A stretch of 63,991 nt of DNA, the filler included, from Barthelona sp. PAP020 (lineage: Eukaryota), in NCBI GenBank assembly GCA_040182905.1. It is 14 parts of 14 records of this genome, joined end to end, with 100 filler letters (N's around TTAATTAATTAA, not from the genome) between each part and the next. Parts side by side here need not be neighbours in the genome. Positions count along the whole stretch, not along the records: positions 28,605 to 33,245 come from JARQWU010000659.1; positions 33,346 to 37,983 come from JARQWU010000660.1; positions 38,084 to 42,675 come from JARQWU010000661.1; positions 42,776 to 47,364 come from JARQWU010000662.1; 10 more parts are not named here. One strand, written 5' to 3'. How positions within the stretch are numbered: the first letter of the stretch is position 1; every line of letters begins with the position of its first letter. The notes under the pieces were generated by a model. It saw nothing but the letters and a program-made list of their open reading frames with translations. It did not search any database and was not told the origin of the DNA. A program made the position numbers and the translations under genes. Positions 32,301 to 42,777 of the stretch are shown here, in pieces.

Positions 32301-33245
32301 CTTAAAACATCAGCTTCAAGTATTTCTTCACGAGCATCGGCCAACAAAAACCCTTCACAATATGAATACCCTGTGACACGAGCAGAAGAAATGACATTTC
32401 CCACTTTCAATGACTTATCATCATCAAGCTGTTTTCTCTTGAATTTAACAATTAAACCAGGAGTATCTTCAGGCAAATACCTGGCATACACTGTTTTACT
32501 TGAGAGTTGAATAATTATAAGATTATTGATAACTTCCCCAACCGCAGTTTCAGAAAAAAACGATCTTTGTCCCAATAAATGAGGTAAAGCCGATACACTA
32601 ATAGTGCCATTTAACGATTGATACAATACAACAACCCTTAAAGTACTTCCCAATACTAATTGCTCCTTAACAGATGGAAGTACATGAAAATTGTGTAAAT
32701 CAGCCTTAAATTTGCTCAAAAAGACCACTTCAATGTGATCTTCATCAATATCTTGAACGACAGCATCAACCATTGTGCCAGGCAGAAGACTGTGTGAATT
32801 CACAACTTCATTCAAACCTTCTTCACTATCAAACAAGCTCAAAGTCAAATTCTTTCCACTTACTTTAATGACACGAGTCATTAACACTTTTCCAATTTTA
32901 ATAGTTGACTTTAAATCAGTAGGAATGTCTTTGGAACGTAAAATACCAACAATTTTTTCATTAATACCAATAAAATACCCATTTTCTTCTTTAGAAATAA
33001 CATAACACGACAATCTGTGTCCAACTTTGATATCAGATTGATTAAGACCAGCATTGATAATTTTAGGGTCAAGAAAGACTTCTAAATCATCACCATTAAC
33101 ATAACAAGAAAGAACATCACCAACTTGATAATATTCCTTTAAAATATGATTGTTTTCAAAGGTTGGTGTGTCTATTATTTGTGTAAAAGGTTCAGATATG
33201 TGATTTAAATGTACTTTGCTCTTGATACCATTTGGCAATGTGATC
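29363..33245 (-). CDS. RRP5: rRNA biogenesis protein Rrp5 (5' truncated)
   Basis: Multiple S1 repeats, acidic linker, PQTVEDFER...PNSSHVW, and HAT repeats (GRTLFEG..YP.R.DIWNVYIDME). Confidence 0.92.
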
Positions 33246-33345
33246 NNNNNNNNNNNNNNNNNNNNNNNNNNNNNNNNNNNNNNNNNNNNTTAATTAATTA
33301 ANNNNNNNNNNNNNNNNNNNNNNNNNNNNNNNNNNNNNNNNNNNN

Positions 33346-33966
33346 AGCTTCACGGAAATGAGGACCAGCAGTATAGATTTCGTGAACTAAATCATCAACA
33401 GAAATAATATCAACCTTTCCAAGAGCTTCTTCAACAACTTGGTTAGAAGAAAGAGGAATACGTTGATTGTTTAATTTGGCAAAACCACGCTTATATACAA
33501 GCTCGCGAATGCTCTTTAAAGAAGGATAACCATAAGCAATGTAAGGTTCAACTAAACGAAGCATAGGAATGGTGGCCTTGTTTAACTTAATGAAAACACC
33601 ATTGTTAATTTGACGAAGTCTGAGCAATTGAAGGATCTTTTTAGTTTTGGGAGCCATAGCATTGATACCACGAATACGAATAACGAAAGCAACCTTAGCT
33701 TCAGGAGGAACATAGAAATTACCAGTGGCTTTAGCTTCTCTGGTAAGACGAAGTTGTTCAGCTTCTTCAAGTTGATATTCCTTGGCATACTTTTCAGCAC
33801 GCTTTAAAATAACATCACGCTTTTGACGGTTGGCACGAATTTGTTCATTAGTGGCAGCTTCGGCAACAGAACGAGATTTTTCAAGGATTCTTCTTCTTTT
33901 GAGAATTGTTTCAGGAACGGCACCCTTCCTATATATTAGTTATGGAATATATATATGGATATACAT
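33346..33966 (-). CDS. RPL7: 60S ribosomal protein uL30/L7 (3' truncated; intron 33929-33964)
   Basis: AT|G start then [12 protein letters not shown]...[42 protein letters not shown]. Confidence 0.93.
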
Positions 33967-34365
33967 TTCTTAAAATGGAAAACGGATAATGAAAATTGTT
34001 GGGAAATTTTTTTTTTTGTTTTTCGAAAATTGTTCAAAACTTTTTGTTGAATTTTTTCTTTTTCTTTCTATTAAAGACATCTTTAACACCTTCTTGGATA
34101 ATATCACGTTTCAATTTGGTTAATTCAATTTTTTTTTTCTCTTGTCTTTTTGCATATTTTTACATAAATTTTTTTCTGCTTAAGTTGTTTTTGATTTTAT
34201 TTATTACATTGATGAACCTGTTTGAACTTTTTAAACTTCAAAAATTTAAATGAAATTTTCCTTTTTTCTTCAAAGATTTGAAATAGTGAAAAAACTCATG
34301 GATTTACAAATAAATAAGTGAAAAAAAAATAACAGTCAAACGAGTTTACTATATGTTAATTGTGA

Positions 34366-34924
34366 TTATGCACGTCCCTTGGTAGCCTTACCACGATATA
34401 AAGCAACAAGAGCACAATCGTTAACAGAGACGACTTTAAAACGAACACCGGGAATATCACCGACAGCCTTTCCGGAACGACCGAAACCAGAAATAAGAAC
34501 ACGATCACGATCATTAATGTGAGCAAGGTTACCATCACCAGGAACGAAAGCAGAAACAACCTTTTGATTCTTCTTTAATTGAACTCTGACACATTTACGG
34601 ACACCAGAGTTGGGTTGTTTGGCTGTAATACCACTAAATATTAGTATTCATTAATTACAAAATATAAATAATATTCAAAAAATTCGAACAATCAACATAC
34701 TATTGAGAAACAACTAATCCCTTGGCATGAGAAGATCCAGAAAGAGGATCGGCCTTTAAAGAGGCAGAAAGACGAACACGCTTAAAACGCTTATCAGCCC
34801 AACGTTGGAGCTTACGATGAGAACGGAGCTTACGACCAGCATTAATACCACGAGGTTTTCTATTTAGTTAGACAATGTTTAACAGTAATATAAATAAATG
34901 AAGAATCACAACAACATACGACAT
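34366..34924 (-). CDS. RPS23: 40S ribosomal protein uS12/S23 (introns 34860-34919 and 34634-34700)
   Basis: Spliced [13 protein letters not shown]...HAKG...[16 protein letters not shown]...AFVPGDG...[11 protein letters not shown]. Both introns start GTATGT and end CTAAY..TAG. Confidence 0.95.
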
Positions 34925-35482
34925 TTGACTGAACGATTACCAATAACTAGAAAAAAGGAGAAGAAAAAAAAATTTCCAAACATTCAAATTTTCTTTTTAT
35001 TTTTTATTCCTTGGCTATTTTGTTTAATTATTGAATAGTAGTAAATAATCGCAACTAAAGAAGAATAAATTTTAATTTATTCAAAATTTATAATTGAATA
35101 AAATAGTTCTTTTTAATTTTGGTTTTCGACAAGTGATAACCTTTTTAAACAGATTCTTTCACATCTACTTTTTTATGTGTAAAATGAAACAAAGACATTT
35201 TTGTCTGATCATCAACTGGTTTTTGTGAAAATGGAACATTTCTTCTACAAATAAGTGATCAAACTTATTTCTTTTTTTTAATTTTACAACCAAGTTTATA
35301 AATTCAACACATTAAAATCAACAAAAAGAGAAAATACTTTTCTTTTATTTTTTGGATATCAAAAATACTGGCAATGTTCAACAAAGTTGCAGATTTATAA
35401 AATGCAAAAATGGGTTTGAGCAAGAAAATTGTCCCCAAAATAGACAAAGTAATTTTTCTAATGATTTGAACGCTAAACTTCC

Positions 35483-36856
35483 ATGGAAAATAGTAATTGT
35501 TTAATAAGTTTTCCTCGTCGTGTAATATTTATTGAACCAAAAGATGAATTATCAAAAATTGTTGAAATTCGACATTCTTTCTGTGAAAGCACACCATTTA
35601 AAATATATCCACCTTTAGGAAGAAATTTTGTTCTTTCTGGACAAATTTCGCAGCCATTTTTGTTGCCTAATGAAAATTTACGATTTATTGTCCAATTGAA
35701 CAAAAAATTTAATTCGTCTTCCAATTTTATTGAGGATGTCATTGTGTTAAGAACTCCCAAATATACTTTATACATTTTTTGTCAATTTGTACGAAATAAT
35801 CCGCCAATGACACCTATTAGAATGTATAATTCCAATGATTTACTTCCTTTAACACCTTTTGCAGCCATTGATCCCATTTTACCTGAATTTCCTCCTCCAC
35901 CTACTGAAGAAAATGAAGAAAATGAAGATTTAGACAGTTATTATGAAATTCTAAATCGAATAAGTCATAAAGATGATATAAATAAAAAAACCGATAATTC
36001 TTTCACAACTACCCAGCCTAATCACCTTATGCCTTTCAAATTGGAGCGAAACAAAATGATTTCCATGTCAAACAATGAAAAAATGGTGAAGAAGAATATA
36101 GCGCAGTGTAATACGATGTTGAAAACCGATGATCCACAAGATCGAAACATATTTTCATCTGAAAACAGTATTGAATCTAATTTTCACATTAAAACCAATC
36201 ATGTACAGAAAAAAAGAAGCCCAAGCCTCACAAATACTAACCTTAAATCACAATTTCAAAAATTCAATCCAAAGGTCAATAAACCTGTGAATTTGCCTCA
36301 ATTATTTAATCCGATAAACTCACAAAAATTTAAGAAACCAAAGAATCCTGACTCCTTAATTACACTTGATGAGAGTTATGATGAGAATTATGATGAGTTT
36401 GACATAAAAAAGAGTGAAGAAATTGTTTCCATTTTAAACAAGACTATTAATAGAACCTTCACTCCTGTATCAGCTCCTCCTGGGAATCGTTCACTAGAAT
36501 CTAAACGTAGATTTTCAGTTTCTAGTCCATTTTCAACATCAGAATCTCATCAACAAAAACTACAAAGAAATGAACCAGTTTATGAAAATTTAACCTCTAA
36601 TTTTGAAACCAATAAATCTATTGATCAACGAAACTTTCTCAAACAATTTTCAAACAATAAAAGCTCTGGAAACCAAAAAGTTTTTATTTCGAATTCGAAT
36701 CAACTCACAAATCCAAATCCCAGTGGTAGACATTACAGTTTTAGTCATTCTAATGCAAATACTGTGGTTACTTCAAATGATATTGATTTTTTGAAGTTTT
36801 CTCATGTTCAAAAAAAATTGCCTTCACTAAATGTTTTAAAATCTTTGGATAAATAA
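35483..36856 (+). CDS. Hypothetical protein (beta-rich N-terminus, long low-complexity tail)
   Basis: 457-aa ORF. The first ~100 aa could be a PapD/ASH-like fold, which is weakly supported. Confidence 0.6.
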   Translation: MENSNCLISFPRRVIFIEPKDELSKIVEIRHSFCESTPFKIYPPLGRNFVLSGQISQPFLLPNENLRFIVQLNKKFNSSSNFIEDVIVLRTPKYTLYIFCQFVRNNPPMTPIRMYNSNDLLPLTPFAAIDPILPEFPPPPTEENEENEDLDSYYEILNRISHKDDINKKTDNSFTTTQPNHLMPFKLERNKMISMSNNEKMVKKNIAQCNTMLKTDDPQDRNIFSSENSIESNFHIKTNHVQKKRSPSLTNTNLKSQFQKFNPKVNKPVNLPQLFNPINSQKFKKPKNPDSLITLDESYDENYDEFDIKKSEEIVSILNKTINRTFTPVSAPPGNRSLESKRRFSVSSPFSTSESHQQKLQRNEPVYENLTSNFETNKSIDQRNFLKQFSNNKSSGNQKVFISNSNQLTNPNPSGRHYSFSHSNANTVVTSNDIDFLKFSHVQKKLPSLNVLKSLDK

Positions 36857-37397
36857 ATTTGGACTGTATGTTCTTTATTTGCAAATCAAAGGATTAAAAG
36901 AAAAAAATATATGTGGTGAATTGGTTTTGAAAGAGTTTGCATAAAAAGCGAAAGTTTGTGTTGCAGTTTTATTTGGCACAGACCTGAATGTTTACATCAA
37001 ATAGATCAAAAATAGGAGTATTTATTAAGTAGAATTTAAAGTGTATTATTTCACAAAAAGTAAATTTAACAAAATATTATTTACTATAATACAGGTAAAC
37101 ACGTTGAATAATTAATTTTTTTTTCGAACTTGTGCAAGTTATTAGGCAGCTTTTAATTGTTAAATAAACATTTCTATTTGCAAGAGAACTAACTCCCATA
37201 GAATTGATTTTGAATAATTTTTGTCCAAAGGTGAAAAGAAATAGTTCAATTTGATAAAAACACTACATAATTCAAAATTCTTCTTTATTAGATATTATAG
37301 AGGTATGAGTTGTTCAGTGAACAACGAAACGAGTTAGCTTAAGGTTTGGGAAAACTCACGTGGATTCAAATGCTCAAGTAACTTAAAAAATTGGACC

Positions 37398-37493
37398 AAA
37401 GATGGTCAAGAAACAACAAATAACGAAAGTGATATTTGATGACCTCTTTATATCTCCAGAAAATCCCATTCATTGAGCATGAACTTCCACATT
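37398..37493 (+). repeat. Dispersed non-coding repeat, family B copy
   Basis: Closely matches 4831-4926. Confidence 0.85.
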
Positions 37494-37757
37494 TGTTATA
37501 CTTTATAATTCTACAAATCAAACTTTAAAGTTTTTTTATTTCTTTTTAAATATTTTGAAGTTTTATTTACTTGATTGATTATTGAAAATGATTAATAAGA
37601 TAAATTTTTTTTGATTCTTTTTAATTCACATATGTCTTGTGCTGTTGTGAAAACAGAAGTTGTTTTGTTCCATGAAATGTATAAGAAAGTAAAATATTTT
37701 TTCTTTTCACCTTTAAATTAATTTAAAGTTTTATTAAAAAAATACAATTTTTATATC

Positions 37758-37828
37758 GCGGTATTGGTCTACTGGTAGAATACTAGCCTTCCAAGCTGGG
37801 GAACCGGGTTCGATTCCCGGATACCGCA
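37758..37828 (+). tRNA. tRNA-Gly(TCC)
   Basis: Acceptor GCGGTAT/ATACCGC with A; anticodon arm CTAGC-CTTCCAA-GCTGG; T arm CCGGG-TTCGATT-CCCGG; followed by TTTT. Confidence 0.95.
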
Positions 37829-37853
37829 AATTTTAGAAGAAAATTTTAGTTTC

Positions 37854-37983
37854 GAGGATCGAGTCTTCGAAAAATGAATTTCACGTTAGGTACAAGAAAA
37901 GGTATACGAAAGCTTTTATATACGGTGTGTTATTGAAATGAGTAGTTGGGAAAGCCTTGAATTTGAATCCTGGCTGTTTGAAA
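37854..37983 (+). mobile_element. Putative tRNA-downstream repeat element, copy 2 (runs off the contig)
   Basis: Starts GAGGATCGAGTCT 25 nt 3' of tRNA-Gly; matches 19389-19562 on the minus strand. Confidence 0.6.
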
Positions 37984-38084
37984 NNNNNNNNNNNNNNNNN
38001 NNNNNNNNNNNNNNNNNNNNNNNNNNNTTAATTAATTAANNNNNNNNNNNNNNNNNNNNNNNNNNNNNNNNNNNNNNNNNNNNA

Positions 38085-38252
38085 ATGCCTGAACTAGTGT
38101 ATCGGGACAATATTCAGTGGATAGTAAACGCCCTTTCTTTAGAATTAAGTGATGAAGAGGCTGAAGATAAATTTAATGAACTTATAGATGAAGCCATGGC
38201 CACTTCATTCACTGATTGGGATCATATGTTTCATATCATTGCACATTCATAG
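38085..38252 (+). CDS. Phosphoinositide 3-kinase, C-terminal fragment
   Basis: MPEL....I..I.NALSLELSDEEAEDKFNELIDEAM.T.F...DHMFHIIAH* resembles the PI3K catalytic-domain C-terminal helices. Confidence 0.75.
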   Translation: MPELVYRDNIQWIVNALSLELSDEEAEDKFNELIDEAMATSFTDWDHMFHIIAHS

Positions 38253-38622
38253 ATTATTTCCAGGGTTTTTTTTTGTTATACGTTGGTGGAATGTTTTGAT
38301 ATATATGGGTGCTTTTATGTTTCATCAGTTGTAAATTTTTATTCTATTTTGGAGATTCTTTTTTTTTTTTTTATCTGATTTATATTGTTGAAAAAGAAAT
38401 TAGATGTCAAATGGGAAGGTAATTTTGATTTTTCAATTAATATTTCAAACCAATTTGAAAAATTGGCAAAGAAAGAAAAAAAATGTTTTTTATTTAAAAA
38501 ATACTAAGAAATCTCTCCTTTTACATCAATATTTACACTGAGAAATTCAAAAAAATTTAAAAACAATAAAATATGTACATCACATGATCAAACTTTTGAT
38601 ATAATTCATTCTGAAAACAGAG

Positions 38623-39258
38623 TCATTTTCTTTTGAAAAATCTTTGAATTTGAATCCTTCCATCATCAGCTTGTTCAAAAACCTCAGCAGCAAGACCTAT
38701 CACACCAAAAATAATCATCAAGTAAATACTTATAAATGACAAGTAAAACGTCCAACCAGTCTTTTCTTGTTTTGCCGTGATGGGATTTGAACAAGAAACA
38801 AACGGTTCATAATCAATCGAACAAGCAATTGTGTTGTTATTAGAATTTTTAAACAATCTATTTGTGCTTAATGTATATGTTTGAGTGTAGTTACTTTTAT
38901 GTATCAAAGAATAATGCATTGAAAGAGAAGACAATCCAGAAAAACTAATTCTAGACATAGAAAATGGCATTATAAAGGCATCATAATATCCATACTGACC
39001 ACTGTAATAAATTTCCCGCTCAAAACAAGCATTGTTGATGCATATCGAGTATTTTTCGTTGGCTAAAGCAGACAGCTTAATAATTTGAAAATAATTAATA
39101 GCTGGACTGATCAAAACACTGTGATTTGATGAACTACTTATGGAGAATTCTTGATCATGATACAAGTCAATGATTTCATTGGGTAAATCGATTGAAGTGG
39201 ATATTATCAAGCTCAAATGCGCATAAATAAGATATAAACCCACCAAAAAGTTTTTCAT
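38623..39258 (-). CDS. Hypothetical type I membrane protein
   Basis: Signal-like N-terminus MKNFLVGLYLIYAHLSLIIS and one TM segment near the C-terminus. Confidence 0.6.
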   Translation of the reverse strand: MKNFLVGLYLIYAHLSLIISTSIDLPNEIIDLYHDQEFSISSSSNHSVLISPAINYFQIIKLSALANEKYSICINNACFEREIYYSGQYGYYDAFIMPFSMSRISFSGLSSLSMHYSLIHKSNYTQTYTLSTNRLFKNSNNNTIACSIDYEPFVSCSNPITAKQEKTGWTFYLSFISIYLMIIFGVIGLAAEVFEQADDGRIQIQRFFKRK

Positions 39259-39332
39259 TGAAAAAAGAAAGTGAAAAGATTTTTCAACATCAATATTAAT
39301 TAAATAAAAAAAATGAACCAAACCCGTAATAT

Positions 39333-41114
39333 TTATTCTTCACTTGTAATCAAGAAATCATCACTTTCCACTGAATTTAATAAAGCTTGAGTTTCTTTAT
39401 ATCCAATGATTCTGTCTAAACATAATCGTTCATATTTTGTAAATAGAATTGTGATTTTAGGAGAATTACTTTTAGAATTACTCAAAGATTCAAACAGTTG
39501 CTGTTGCAAGAAAGGATTTTGTAAAGGTGCGACTTGAACAATGGAATGAAATTTTCTCAATTTTTCACGATGATAAAAATAATATCTTTCAGAAATCAAT
39601 AAAATTTGAACTTCTAAATCAGTAAATCTGGACCAAGCAGATTGTCGTTCTGTACGATCCCAATATTCAGACAAAAACAAATAGTTAGCTTCAATTGAAT
39701 CCAGCATCTTTTTAACCATCAAAAATTCAACTCTGGTACTGACAACTAACAATATTTTAATCTGAGGAGTATTACCAAGGGGCAATAAAAGTTCATCCTT
39801 CAAATAATCAACACGCTTTTCCAAACTCTCCTTTACAGTATCCACTTTACTCAATCTATGCAAATGAAGTGAGCAACCTGCAGGTAAATATTGTGTGCAA
39901 TTATTTCCCAAAGTTCTAGTACGAATTTGTCCAACATGGCTTCTACAATATGTTTTGAATAAAGATAATAATTTTGGAAATTGAAAAGAACTTAATATAA
40001 TATTTTGTCTGAAACATGACATCAGTTGTTCATTTTCTTGAATAAAATAATGTCGCAAACGTAAAATTTTAGCACCTTCTCTAATTCTGTCAGGTCTGAC
40101 ACTTAATTTGTCAAAACAAGAAATAAGATGATCCCAATTTTGCATCTCAATAAAATCTGCTAAATCAACAGTCACCAATTGAATAGAGGATAATATATCA
40201 GGATTTTCATCCAAATATTGTTTCATTTTAACTGGAGATGCAATCAACATGTCAGAATTGTCATAATTGCTGAAAAGATATAACTTTTTTTTGTGTAAAG
40301 AAATTCCAATCATGAAATTATCATCATCGGGTTCATTGAAATAGTATTGAAAATCATCAGATTTACTGGCCATTCTTGGAGGCTGTTCGACAACAAAACG
40401 TGATTTAAACTTCTTCAACTCACCAACAGATTCAATATTCGGAAATAACTTGATAAATAATTGAACCCAATCCGCACCATGTTTTTTAGTAGGGGCCAAT
40501 ATTAAAACAGTTGGTCTGGTAAACCCTTGATCTCTTAAAATTTCAGATTCAGGATTAAAATCATCAGGTAATTCAATCTTTGACAAATCCAAATTATCTG
40601 TTGCATCTGTAGATGTATAAATATCATCAATTTTTTGAGAAAATTGTTCTTGTTTTTTGAAAGCTTTGTATTTATTGATCATGGCAGTATTTCTTGCAAC
40701 AAGTCTAGTCTGTTTTAAAATCATGTTTGTAATATGAATACTAATGTTTAATTTGTAACTTTTTTGATGGTCAAAATTTGGATCTATCATTAGAACATCA
40801 TGATATGAATTCAACCATGACTGAAAATATTTTTGTCTTAAAGAAAATTCTGTTTGATTCTTTTTTAACAATTTTCTATTAATATTATTCAATAAATCAG
40901 TCTCCAAATCAATATTATTTAATAATTCAACTGTATCAATAGAATTGAAATCAAAATCTAATAAATTACTGTTTGAATAACAAAAATCAAATGGATGATA
41001 TTTCTTTTCATTTGAAGTGGGATTTAAAGGTTGTTTGACTAATTTTGATGTTTCTTTGAATTCAATATCTTCATTGTTAAAAAAAGTTTCAAATGTATTA
41101 CTAACATAACTCAT
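39333..41114 (-). CDS. UTP25: U3 snoRNP-associated protein Utp25
   Basis: RDQGFTRPTVLIL, DNFMIGI, SDMLIASP, LSSI, MQNWDH, LISERYYFY. Confidence 0.92.
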   Translation of the reverse strand: MSYVSNTFETFFNNEDIEFKETSKLVKQPLNPTSNEKKYHPFDFCYSNSNLLDFDFNSIDTVELLNNIDLETDLLNNINRKLLKKNQTEFSLRQKYFQSWLNSYHDVLMIDPNFDHQKSYKLNISIHITNMILKQTRLVARNTAMINKYKAFKKQEQFSQKIDDIYTSTDATDNLDLSKIELPDDFNPESEILRDQGFTRPTVLILAPTKKHGADWVQLFIKLFPNIESVGELKKFKSRFVVEQPPRMASKSDDFQYYFNEPDDDNFMIGISLHKKKLYLFSNYDNSDMLIASPVKMKQYLDENPDILSSIQLVTVDLADFIEMQNWDHLISCFDKLSVRPDRIREGAKILRLRHYFIQENEQLMSCFRQNIILSSFQFPKLLSLFKTYCRSHVGQIRTRTLGNNCTQYLPAGCSLHLHRLSKVDTVKESLEKRVDYLKDELLLPLGNTPQIKILLVVSTRVEFLMVKKMLDSIEANYLFLSEYWDRTERQSAWSRFTDLEVQILLISERYYFYHREKLRKFHSIVQVAPLQNPFLQQQLFESLSNSKSNSPKITILFTKYERLCLDRIIGYKETQALLNSVESDDFLITSEE

Positions 41115-41186
41115 ATTCGTTTAATCTGACAAAAGAATTGAAAGAACACACAAAAAAAATATTTGCTTTTTTTTTCAATTCTCAGT

Positions 41187-42074
41187 ATGGAAGACATCAT
41201 TTATGCTTCATTATTATGTGTACAAAAAGCAAGCAAAATTATTCATGACATTTATCAAAATCATTCTATGAATATTGGGTTGAAGGGAGAAAAAGATTAT
41301 GTTACACAAGCTGATACCACAGTTGAAACAATGATTAAATCAACATTTATGAAATATTTTCCAGATATTTTTGTTGTTGGTGAAGAAAATGAAACTTTTG
41401 ATTCTAAATCTGTGTTGAATATTGATTTCAACTTCAATTTTTTAAAATCTCTTGATTTTCCTGAATTTGACCAAAAGAAATTGGTGATGTTTATTGACCC
41501 TTTGGACGGAACTCGAGAATATGTGGAACATCATATTGAAAAAGTTTCAACGTTAGTTGGTTTTACATATGAAAATCGACCTGTTGCAGGCATTATTCAT
41601 TCACCTTTTGCTGCGTTTGATGATAAACTTGGTAAAACAATTTGGTGTTGCAAAGGTGTTGGTATTTTTGGCTTTGAACCCAAATTTGATGATAAATTAA
41701 GCATTTTGTTCAGTAGTCATATCAATAGCGAGCAAAACCAATGCATTAAACATCTGTGTAAAGAATTGAAACCAAATTACAGAGCGATGCATGGTGCTGC
41801 TGGTTATAAATTCAGATTATTGTTTAATGGTGTTGGTTCACTTTATATTTACATGTCAAATAGATGTTCTCAATGGGATACGTGTGCTGGTGAAGCATTT
41901 TTAACTATTCTTGGAGGAAAAATTACTGATTGTGATGGAAAACCTCTTGATTATTCCAAAGATTCATTAACACACAAACATAAACATGGATTCATTGCAA
42001 GTTCTCCTTTAATGGATGAGGAAATGCATGCACGAGTTGTGGAGTTGGTTCAACCATTCGTTTCTCAATTGTGA
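41187..42074 (+). CDS. 3'(2'),5'-bisphosphate nucleotidase / inositol monophosphatase family
   Basis: DYVTQAD, VGEE, IDPLDGTREY, GAAGYK, WDTCAGEA. Confidence 0.88.
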   Translation: MEDIIYASLLCVQKASKIIHDIYQNHSMNIGLKGEKDYVTQADTTVETMIKSTFMKYFPDIFVVGEENETFDSKSVLNIDFNFNFLKSLDFPEFDQKKLVMFIDPLDGTREYVEHHIEKVSTLVGFTYENRPVAGIIHSPFAAFDDKLGKTIWCCKGVGIFGFEPKFDDKLSILFSSHINSEQNQCIKHLCKELKPNYRAMHGAAGYKFRLLFNGVGSLYIYMSNRCSQWDTCAGEAFLTILGGKITDCDGKPLDYSKDSLTHKHKHGFIASSPLMDEEMHARVVELVQPFVSQL

Positions 42075-42578
42075 TGTTTGTTTTAATTGTCAACACTGGT
42101 ATTTGTTTTTGTTTTTTTAATGTTATTGCAAAATAATTATAATTTTCCTTTTTCTTTCAATAAAAGTACAATCTTTCTTTTTATTTTCTTTTTTTTCATC
42201 TGCAAAAGCCTCACTTTTGTAAAGAAAGTTTGCCATTTCAAAAATTTTGAAAAGTTGGTCCAATTCACAAAAATGGTTTAACTTTTTGTGCAAATCACAA
42301 ATTTTTCAGAGCAGTTTATTAATTTTAAAAATCCGGAAAGAAACAAAGTTTTAAATTCAACTTTTCAAGTTCAATCTTCTCAAAAACGGTTTTCAATCTT
42401 TCTCAAATACAAAGGAATATAAAAATCAAGACTTTATGATAATTGAGATTTGTCCTTAAAGAGCAGAATTAAAAGGTGTTACATTGTGATAGGTGTGGAA
42501 ATTTCTTTTCTTTCGGATGTAAAATTGAGTTGTCAATAAATAAATTTCTTCTTAATTTTTTTGTTCCAATTATTTGTT

Positions 42579-42675
42579 ATGTTTGATTTAGACACTTCAT
42601 TTGATTCATTTGATCTAGATCAAAGATTATTACGAGCAATTAAAGATATGAGGTTTGAACATCCAACTTATGTTC
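42579..42675 (+). CDS. DEAD-box helicase N-terminus, Q motif (Dbp9/DDX56-like; 3' truncated)
   Basis: MFDLDTSFDSFDLDQRLLRAIKDMRFEHPTYV(Q). Confidence 0.75.
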
Positions 42676-42777
42676 NNNNNNNNNNNNNNNNNNNNNNNNN
42701 NNNNNNNNNNNNNNNNNNNTTAATTAATTAANNNNNNNNNNNNNNNNNNNNNNNNNNNNNNNNNNNNNNNNNNNNAA

